NCBI GenBank assembly: GCA_020137815.1
Contig: CM035357.1
Span: 3,596,001 to 3,660,000, forward strand
DNA: 64,000 nucleotides
Source of the DNA: Hormiphora californensis
Taxonomy: Eukaryota; Animalia; Ctenophora
Direction of reading: 5' to 3'
A program made the position numbers and the translations under genes. Shown here piece after piece: positions 49,343 to 64,000 of the stretch (position 1 is its first letter; the number at the start of each line of letters is the position of its first letter). The notes beneath the pieces were generated by a model. It made no database searches. It was not told the origin of the DNA and saw only the letters and a list, made by a program, of their open reading frames with translations.

Positions 49343-50099
49343 TTACAGGCTAAACATTTAGGAATGGGTAATTTAGTTGGCTCTGAAATCAGGAAAGTAG
49401 AGGTCACATAGAGAGATAGATACTGACAAAGATGGCATTAATTTATCACACACAGATATAGTTATAGAGGCCTCTATAACTATATCTGTGTGTGCCTCTA
49501 GAGGCACTAATAACATATTACAGACCCAAGACTCAAGAGGTGGTATCGATAGAGAGCAGCACACATGAACAACTTGACATGTTCTGTCGGAGTTCTTACA
49601 CCGGGCGTTTCAAAAGACAGCCTGTGTAGAAATGTACAACACATTGGTAAAACTAGCCACGGTATTATAGTAGCTCGGTATAGTAGAAACTACTTGTAGA
49701 AGTAGCTGCCGCTTAAACTACGTGTTTCGTGTGGTACTGTGTGGTGTACAAAGACTCTGAAGCGTACAAGAGATCTACTATACGATACAGGGAAATTAGG
49801 GAGAGAGTGACAGGGAAATAGGGAGAGAAGAAGAGAGTTCAAACAGAAAGAGAGCAGGGGAGAGAAAGATAGGGAGTCGTGAGAGAAAGAAAGCATCTGT
49901 GGTTAGATAATATCAAGTCGCCAGCAATTTGGAGTCAGCTTAGGCTGATTTATATCCCCCAGACTGCAGTACATCAGTTGCATGATAAAAAGAGCGTCAA
50001 ATGTTCCTCACAACCAAGATCAAGCGAGTGTTTGCATTATGCTACTTTTGGTATAGAGCGGGGAGGGGAGAGAGGGTGAGGGAGAGAGAGGGGGAGAGA

Positions 50100-50144
<45 letters not shown>

Positions 50145-50169
50145 AGAGAGAGAGAGAGAGAGAGAAGAG

Positions 50170-50249
<80 letters not shown>

Positions 50250-50428
50250 GGATTGAGGGAGTAGACTTATGGACAATAAAGCTCTAACTATCTTCGGTAT
50301 ATTATACATTATGAAGCAACGAGTACACGATCAAATACACAAAGCGGTCCAAACAATGCGTTAGATAACTCGCTCTCTCTTTAGTTTCTCTCTAGTTTCT
50401 CTCTCTCTCTCTCTGTCTCTATCTCTCC

Positions 50429-50498
<70 letters not shown>

Positions 50499-50809
50499 CT
50501 TTCTCTATGCTACATCCCCGGAGAGAGGTTGAGCTAAATTCGTAGTTGTACAATGTCATACAGCTACATCACCATAAAGGTGGTAAGGCCGGGGAGAGAG
50601 TACCAATCTTGTGAAAAAGTGAAGAGATTGAGACTACAGAGAGGGGGCGGGGGAGAGAGTGCGAGAGGGAGAGGAGGAAAAGAGAGAGAGAGAGAGAGAG
50701 AAAGCTAAAGAAGGGCACCAGGTGTTCATGATAGCTACACACAGGATAGGATGTCATACTCTCTATGAATCATACAGAGGCCCCATTGCAGAGACTGAGA
50801 GGAAGAATC

Positions 50810-51580
50810 CACCACACTGTCCCCCTACCACCCTATTATAACCACTTTTAACCACACTGTCCCCCTACCACCCTATTATAACCACTTTTAACCACACTGT
50901 CCCCCTACCACCCTATTATAACCACTTTTAACCACACTGTCCCCCTACCACCCTATTATAACCACTTTTAACCACACTGTCCCCCTACCACCCTATTATA
51001 ACCACTTTTAACCACACTGTCCACTCACTCTACTTCTAGTACTCCCTAACCACCCCACTAGTAGACCATAACCACCCCACTGGTAGCCCCTAACCACCGG
51101 CCGGCGATCACCCTCTCCAGTAATATCTAATCACCCCTCGAGTAGTCCTTAACCACCCCACCATCCTAACCACCCCACCATCCTAACAACTTCATCGGGT
51201 AGCCCCTAACCACCCCATCATCCTAACCACCCCATCACCCTAACCAACCCACCACCCTAGTCCCTAACCACCTCACCACCCTAACCACCCCCTCTAGTAG
51301 TCCGTAACCACCCCATCATCCTAACCACCCCACCATCCTAACAACTTCATCGGGTAGCCCCTAAGCACCCACCACCCTAACCACCCCATTTTCCTAACCA
51401 CCCCATCATCCTAACCACCCCCACCATCCTTACCACCCCATCACCCTGACCACCCCATCACCCTAACCACCCCACCATCTTAATCACCCCACCACCCTAA
51501 CCACCCCATCATCCTAACCGCCCCACCATCCTAACCACCCCCTCACTCTAACCACCCCATCATCCTAACCGCCCCACCAC
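50810..51580. repeat. 40-bp minisatellite (~5 copies) followed by a degenerate CCTAACCACCCCATCAT array
   Basis: Direct inspection. The array runs almost up to the CHRAC1 start codon. Confidence 0.9.
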
Positions 51581-51590
51581 CGTACTAGCC

Positions 51591-52259
51591 ATGTCAGAAG
51601 ATAAAGTGGTTGCCCCTCGGGATGAGAACAAATGTCTGACCCTTCTGCCGCTGTCTCGCATCAAGAGTATCATGAAGCAATGTCCTGATATCAGTGCCAT
51701 TAGCCAGGAATCACTCTTTGTTATTACCAGGTTAGATAATTGATTAGTTAATTTATCAGCCAATTATTGCTCTCCCCTCTTATGTCACCAATTCGCAACC
51801 CCATCGGCCATCTCCCCTTGGCAACCCCATCTCCGCTCCTATCTCCCTATGGCAACCCCATCTCCGCTCCCATCTCCCCTTGGCAACCCCATCTCCCCAT
51901 GTCAACCCCATCTCCCCTCCAGAGCCACGGAGCTATTCATTGAGCTGATGACGAGGGAGGCTTACGATGTCCTAGAGGAACGGGGAAAGGTGAACATTAG
52001 ATAACTTAGCGGCGTTAGAATTGAAACCTTCTCGGGCAATTTGCTGAAATTAAAGTTTCAAATAATGACTGAACTTTTTGGGGTTTCACCACCCCCCCCC
52101 CCCTGAAACAACCCCCTTCTTCAGGCAGAGGTAGAATATAAGGATCTTGCTGGGGTGGTCGAGAAATATGAATGTCTCATGTTTCTTGCTGATATTCTCC
52201 CTCAGAAGATCACTGTAAAGGAATACTACCGGCTTCTACAGGAGGCAAGGGAGGGTTAG
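51591..52259 (+). CDS. CHRAC1: Chromatin accessibility complex protein 1 (histone fold)
   Basis: Exons 51591-51730, 51923-51989 and 52125-52259: LPLSRIKSIMK, ISQESLFVITRATELFI, YKDLA, FLADILPQKI. Confidence 0.9.
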
Positions 52260-52394
52260 AGATTACCATATATGGCCATCACGTGGTACAGAACTCCATA
52301 TATGGGCATCACCTTTTCTAAATGAAACAAGGAACTCCTGACAGATAAATAATCCAGCTCCGGGTCTAGAAAACTAATCCTCACATGAAATATA

Positions 52395-53503
52395 CCGCGT
52401 GGCCCAAATTAAAGGGAGGGTACGTTGGCATTCTTTTCACCCAGAAGTTTAATTTCAAACACTCTGATATTTTGACACAATGTCTGCATGGTTACTCATT
52501 CGAGGAATCCGAAGTTTCAGCCCTCTGGATAAAAGTTCATTTTTTCGACCGAATGAACATTGAATGAACACCAATATGGGACCATATTTCGGTACCAAAG
52601 TTTCACAAATTTGTTTGGCTATCGATTTCCTTTCGAATGGGACCAGTCTGAGCTTAATTGGATCACCACAAGAATCACAGTGATCCGTTTTCTAAGCCTA
52701 GGGTAAGTCATGTGATCCCCATCAAATTATGACATGTTAGCAAGAGAGCTTACATTTTAACGGATGCTGTATCGGTACACCATCCTCATTAGCAGACGTG
52801 ATACGTGATACTCGTCCGTTACACCTGCTTATTGGCACTTAGTAATGACGCTATCGTCTCATTAGGTGTCAGATGACCAAACCTAGGGTTAGATAACTAG
52901 ACACTGTGTCTCTAATTGTGGTGGTCCAATTGAGCTCAAATTAGTCGCGTTTGAAAGGAAATCGATACCCGAAGGCGACTGTGAAATTCCGGTTCCAAAA
53001 ATCATTCCTGTTTTCAAGTTCATTCAGGATTCATTCCAATGGGAAAAATGAATTTTAAGATAGAGAGCTTAAATTCCGGCTAACATCGAAATTGATCAAG
53101 TGTAGTGGCCGTACAGATTTTTAGCGCCTGAATTTACCGATTTCTGGTCAAAACAGGTCAAAATCGATGTTTGGTAAAAAATGTCATGTTTAAATAACTT
53201 ATTTCACCCACTAAACTTGATTCAATTTTAATAAAAATTCAGATTGCCATTTTTTGATACTTGCTCTATTGTATGACATTTTTTTAAATAATAAAATCGA
53301 ATTTAATCAAGAGAAAACTTCAAAAAACCCGAAAAACGAAAAATTGAGTTCATTAATGAACTTTCAACTTTTATGATTTGAAACTTCGGATTCCTCGAAT
53401 GAGTACCCATGCAGACATTGTGTCAAAATATCAGAGTGATTGAAATTAAACTTCTGGGTGAAAAGAAGGCCAACGTACCCTCCCTTTAATTTGGGCCACG
53501 CGG
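52395..53503. mobile_element. Non-autonomous Tc1/mariner-like element with ~125-bp TIRs
   Basis: TA|CCGCGTGGCCCAAATTAAAGGGAGGG...CCCTCCCTTTAATTTGGGCCACGCGG|TA. Confidence 0.9.
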
Positions 53504-54146
53504 TAGTTTGGTGACCCACTTCCAGCACTATTCCCGACTCCCCAGAGAAGAGTTTTTTCTCCATTCCAGTTACACATGTATATCATGTGTGACATGCACA
53601 GCGAAATAGAGAGGACAGATCTGTTTTATATGCTTGTTACATGTATCAGTCAAGAAGGCTTTCACACACACTTACACTCCTATAATAATACTGCACATGA
53701 TTCTCTCTCTCTTTCACACATTGTACATGTGGTAGTCTTCTGTCTGGTAGTTATTTAACATTCTGTCTATCTCGATGCATATATTATAGTGGTCATGATT
53801 TCTATAATAATTACCCCGGCGAGCGTGCATTATTTGTGGTTTCAGACTCACAATCATGATTGTGGCTTTTCAATGTTTCCTTGTTTTTCAATAAACAAGC
53901 AACCGGCACAACTGGTCTCTTGATATATGTTAAATAGATTTCCTCTAACTGTATTTGACGAAATGTGTGTATTGAAATTATACTTTTTAAATCCCTGAAA
54001 CTATTAATAATACCTCGTGTATTCAGACACCTTTTATTATTTTCAGTGAGTCACTGGCAGTGATCCCTATAACACCCTTATGTATGTTATTGAGGGCCCC
54101 TTTTCCATCAGTTATCCCGTATATTTTATAGCTCACCCGTTAGACC

Positions 54147-58812
<4,666 letters not shown>

Positions 58813-59476
58813 AGAAGTTGTAGAGAACAAGACCTGATCCAGATATCAGAACGGGATCAGAACATAGGATGATTAAGACAATTATTTTCGGCAAAAATGT
58901 ATATTTTTCAGTAGAATAAGTTATTGTACAGAAGTTTTGTAATTTATCTTGTGTGTGAATAGCAGTATATAAAGAGAATAAATGAGCATTCAGATCATCT
59001 ATAGAATATAATGTAGTTTTTTATCTTCTATTTTCTATTAATCTGTCTTTACACGTATGTTATATTAGTTAATAGTTAGTAGTCAGTGCATGGTTGATTC
59101 AAGTGAGCTTAATAATTTATAGGGAGCTGGTCTGAAGCGGTGTGATTTTCAAATGGCTCAAATGTTGATTCAAAACATTTTTTTGTGACATGAGCCAACT
59201 TGTTTACATTCGTATCACTACCTGTCTGGCGGCGCCAGACCCCAATTTGATTGTCAAATTGGGCGGCGCCAGACCCCAATTTGATTGTCAAATCACTACC
59301 GGGCTGTTGGTAATGAAATTACCCCTCTGTTATGGCTCATGTATGCAATAAAAGTTAAGGGGTGACTTCGTAACCAAACCGGGCTCTGTCTGGCGGTGCC
59401 AGACCCCCATTTGACAGTGCGCTCAGATGGGGTTGCGGCGCCAGACAGACCGGGCTGCAGGCAAAAGGTTTGTCGC

Positions 59477-60161
59477 CAGTTTACCGGAAACGGGGGGGCC
59501 AACACCTTTTTTTGCCCATTGCCCATAATCCCAGCGAATTTTGGTTTTGCCCATATGGGCAAAAATGGGCAAAATGGGCAAAAATGGGCAAAATGAAATT
59601 TTTAGTGTTTTTTGTTGCTTTTTCAACTCTATAACTTGATTTTAATTCTTTAAAGTGAGAGAGAACAGCCCTGATTTTGATAAAACTCGGTCAGAATGGT
59701 CTTGGTGTCACATTAGAAGTCAAAAAATTGTTTAGTGGTCAAATCGTAAATTTAGGATTTTTTAATTTTTTTAAAGGTTTTAGGCTTTTATGGGTTTATT
59801 TTGTTCTAGGACGTTTCTGAAACCCATGAAAGCCAAAAAACCTAAAAACCTAAAAATCCTAAACTTAGGATTTGAGCACTAAAATTTTTTTGACTTCTAA
59901 TATGACACCAAATACCATTCTGACCGAGTTATATCAAAATCAGGGCTGTTCACTTTCACTTTGAATAAGTTAAATCAAGTTATAGAGTTGAAAAAACGAC
60001 ATATAACACTGAAAATTTCATTTTGCCCATGTTTGCCAACGTTTGCCCATTTTTGCCCAAAGTCCCACGATTTTTGAAAATTCAGTTTTGCCCATATGGG
60101 CAAATATGGGCAAATATGGGCAAAAAAAGGTGACGCCCCCCCCCCCCCCCCGGAAACACTG
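59477..60161. mobile_element. Foldback MITE with CAGT(G)TT...AAACACTG ends and TGCCCAT repeats
   Basis: Long imperfect inverted arms (~59590-59790 versus ~59830-60030). No TSD seen. Confidence 0.65.
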
Positions 60162-60280
60162 TGACTAATTCATTCCGTACATTCCGGGCTAAAAAGTTAA
60201 AAGATATCCAGTATTGCACTGAATCCTTTACCAATACAAGTGTGTCTGTGGCTGTCCAAGAAGACAAATAAGGACAAACA

Positions 60281-60690
60281 GGTACCCGTACCGAGACAGA
60301 CAGACAGGTACCCGTACCAAGACAGACAGACAGGTACCCGTACCAAGACAGACAGACAGATACCTATACCGAGACAGACATGTACCCGTACCGAGACAGA
60401 CAGGTACCGAGACACTGAGACAGACAGGTACCCGTACCGAGACAGACAGACAGATACCAAGACAGACAGACAGGTACCGAGACAGACAGACAGGTACCCG
60501 TACCAAGACAGACAGACAGGTACCAAGACAGACAGACAGGTACCGAGACAGACAGACATGTACCCGTGTGGAGACAGACAGACAGGTACCGAGACAGACA
60601 GACAGGTACCGAGACAGACAGGTATCCGTACTAAGACAGACAGGTACCAAGACAGACATGTACCCGTACCGAGACAGACAGACAGATACC
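60281..60690. repeat. Compound minisatellite GTACC(CGTACC)(G/A)AGACAGACAGACAG
   Basis: Direct inspection; related in composition to 4461-4573. Confidence 0.9.
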
Positions 60691-61159
60691 GGAAGGTTTG
60701 GTTTGGTTTGGGCCGCTCATCTGGGACTGTAAACAGTCACACAGCCAAGTCTCGCCGAACAGGCGAGACAGCATAGTACCGAAACATTCGTTTTTCCTGT
60801 CAAGCATGGCCCCCTTTGTGCTATGATCAGTCATGGCGCTGACAGGAAAACACAACATGGTGAATGATGCCCATTTACATTGAAGGATTCAGCTCTGTAA
60901 GCAAGATCAGAGGAGAACTTGGCCGGGACGGTTAACATGCACTGTCCCTCGCATACCAAGTTAGGGTCGCTGTAGCCTGTCAATGACGGGTTAGAATAGA
61001 AGACTCATTGATGATTTCAGGCCATCTGATCTGACCATGAGCTGAACCCTTTTTGAAATAAATTCCAAACGCATAGATTTTGGTAATAACTTAAAAGAAA
61101 TGAGCTTTAAACGAAACAAACGGAACACAATCACACGTCACCCCTGATACACACTCTCT

Positions 61160-62538
61160 CTATTCGATAACAATTGGGTCTATTTTACTCCGTTTCTTCT
61201 TTTTCTTCTTCTTTTTCTCTTTCTTCTCATCTGATTTTTCCTCAACTTCTGTCGTCAGGTCCTCTATCAAAATCACTTCCCTCACCTCATCCTCTTCTTC
61301 TTGTTCTTCTTCCTGACCCTGCTCTTCCTGATCCTGCTCTTTCTTTTCTGCTTGATCAGGAGAGGATGAACTGGCAGCAAAATCAAATCTAAAAGTTGAT
61401 TCTGTAGCTGCTGAACCAGAAGCTAACTGCTTCTTTTTCTGTTCGAAATAATCAGCCATGCTCAACGTAGATTTTATTGTTTTGAAGCCACTTTCTGGAT
61501 CTTTTTCAGGAGATTTTGCTGGGGCGGGAGGAGCATTCTCATCGGCAGATTGATCTTCTGGTTTCTGAAATGAGGGGGAAATATTAGAGCAAAGTCAATA
61601 AAACCCAATTGTACAAAATAATAAAAAAGAAAGCGTTTATTATCAAAAAACTACCGTGATTAAACAAATATTATCTCCCTATGAGTTGCCCTCACCTTTT
61701 CTCCAAAAATGTGAGCCAGCTCCTTTTCCGAGAGAGACGCGAGGTTTTTGTGTTTTTTAAACTTGGTATACCTAAGGGAAAAAGAAGAATTATTGTTAAA
61801 AACAACCACAACTTTTGAGAGACGGGGGTATTCAGCATATTTTGACAACCAAATCTTCAAATCTCTCAGAGTTTTCTGAGGGATATTGAAGATAATACGT
61901 CCCGGAGTTGGTTGGTACAAACTTACACATCTCTAGAGCGCTTCTTCCTTTTTCCACTTTTCTTCTTCGTGTCCCCCTCTGCATCCTCTAGATCTGAGGG
62001 CGGGGCGCTGTTTGGAGCACTATTTGGAGCACTGTTTAGTTTGGAGAGAATATCATCGAAATCTGTGATGTGCTCAGCCCACTTGTCAGGAGTTGTGTGG
62101 TCGGCCCCCAAACCTGAGACGTAGGAAAGGATGGTTAGAATAAAAATCAACGGTGAAAAGATTAGGATTTTTTCAGTACATACTTTTGAATAAAGTTAAA
62201 CTAGAAAATAGAGAGGTGAAATGCGAATTACCTAAATTTTGTGCCCGTTTCCTCACTTTGACATGTCCCGTCTCCCCTGATTCCGTGGCACCTAACCCCT
62301 TTCCCTCCGTCCATCCCATCCTTTCCATCATCTTCCGACCAAACTTGTTCTCATCTGGGGGTAGAATGGTATCATGTGGGGGATAATGTTAATAGGGAGT
62401 GGAGATTGTACTATCAAAAGTTTCGGGATTTGGTAGAGAAATCTTAGAGTCGGGGTATTATAATGTTATTGCTCCCAGCAAACTACCTTTTGCCCAGTTT
62501 TTATTGTTCGGATCCGTGCTCCACAGTTCCTTGACCAT
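61160..62538 (-). CDS. PINX1: PIN2/TERF1-interacting telomerase inhibitor 1-like G-patch protein
   Basis: Exons 62538-62487, 62354-62232, 62113-61927, 61771-61696 and 61564-61160 are in phase: WSTDPNNKNW, KFGRKMMERMGWTEGKGLGA, GLGA, FDDILSKLN, YTKFKKHKNL, SMADYF, Lys-rich tail. Confidence 0.9.
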
Positions 62539-64000
62539 GTTCTTTAGCTACAGGGAGTAATTAGGGAGTTAATTATGGGTAGTAATTAGGGGCTAATTGG
62601 TTGTTATTAGTAATGGGACACGATTATTGACATAATAATAATAACTATTGTGCAAAGCAACTGAAGGGGATTAAAATTGATATATTTTACAGACCACAAG
62701 GAACTTTCAAAGTTGAAAAACAACCAATATATTCACCCATTACATGCCAACTAGGGTCAGGGAGCTGGGAGGGTGAACACAATACATGTGTAACACACGA
62801 CAAAACCTGTGTACACATGTGTGGCAGTACCCCGGGCAGTAATATATAACATCAGATCAAATTTGCTCCAAACACTCCCAATTCAAGATAATCGATGTTG
62901 CTTTCTGGCGGCGCCAACCCGATCTGAGCTTGGTAACGAAATTACCCCTCGCAGGCATTGCGGTGGTATCACGGTAGTAGGGCACGCTAAATAGCGTCCC
63001 ACAGAGTAGTTTCGTTACCAAATATGAGCGCACTGTCGTGTCAAAACGGTGTCGGCACCGTCAGATAATCGATGTTGAGGGTTACTCAACAGGAGCTGTT
63101 TGGATCAAGAAATCCCCCACGTTATTGTTACTCAACAATTGTTGCACAAGAGGAAAACATATGGTGCACTATATTTTAGTAACACTTTGTAAATGACGTT
63201 AAAAAGCTACAAATCAAAAATATTAAGTTGGTTTCAACAAAAAAAAGCAGGCAAAATAGAGTTTAAAAAGTAATGTATCCTGCCATTTTGGATAAAAGAA
63301 ACCCAAGGAAGAATAGCCCTCACAGATTGGTTTTGCACCACGGCCACCCCTTGATATGATACAAGATAGAGACTTTGAATTTGCAGGTTTAGTTAGGAAG
63401 ATAATTTCGAGTTCTGAACCGCAAAACCAAAGTGAGAGATATTGTTGCTTGGGGGTTCCTTTCATCAAATTGATCGTAAACAGGGTGGCGGTATAATACG
63501 TATAATACCAACTTTTTTAAATCATAAAAACGTTCGGCAAAAGTAAAATTTCTAAAAACTGAAACAAACAGGGAATTATTAACCACTTTCATGCTAGTTG
63601 TTATGCTCTAACCCTCCTTTACGTCTGCACTGAAAGAGGGTCAAGCAAGGAATGATGGAAGGCTAATAATTTCCTGTGCATATTGCAGAACGTTTCTACA
63701 AATTTAATGAACGCCCACCCTGTACGAAGAGGTGGAACCCTGTCAGGCGCTGCAACCCTTTCTCGCGAGGAGAGTGGTCACGTATCTGACTGGTGGAACC
63801 CAATTTTAAGCCTCTCATAAAAACAAATACCATACAGCTCGTGCACGTTATATATATTTGGGCAAAACATAGGTGCCTCAAAAAATGAGGTATATATTAT
63901 CAGGGTATTATCCTTCTCATGCCGTAAAATAAATTAACTCTAACTCAACTCTACTAACTCTAAGTTTCAACATTTTGGATGTGGTGCGTGGAAAGGCAAA

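Noticed and set aside
60197-60858. Overlapping repetitive ORFs (RQTDR/CLSV)
   Set aside because: Minisatellite translations.

Overview
Intron-rich animal genomic DNA with no prokaryotic features. It is tentatively a ctenophore: the CAGGAACCGAC and TACAGTCGGACCCCG repeats resemble ones I recall from Pleurobrachia, but this is not verified. I assembled 11 spliced genes by hand from GT-AG sites and reading phase: two unknown proteins, an LRR transmembrane protein, a class-B/adhesion-like 7TM receptor (- strand) head-to-head with a Gq-like G-alpha gene, a p63/p73-like gene with a SAM domain, a soluble adenylyl cyclase (ADCY10-like), a GPI-anchored three-finger-like protein, CHRAC1, an RENBP/AGE-like epimerase and PINX1. 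Introns and intergenic DNA are packed with non-autonomous DNA transposons (Tc1/mariner-, Harbinger-, hAT- and piggyBac-like, plus one Helitron next to its own empty site), several of them nested. Highlights: (1) The G-alpha gene has two divergent, intact, same-phase terminal exons, and it carries Ser at the switch-I Gly whose mutation classically confers RGS insensitivity. (2) Real splice junctions are repeatedly amplified into tandem arrays (15 donors in G-alpha, 16 acceptors in the p63-like gene). (3) Several conserved proteins have key residues replaced: p53 hotspot arginines, the sAC bicarbonate site and one AGE catalytic His. Some stretches look like unpolished long-read consensus, so single-base frameshifts are treated with caution.
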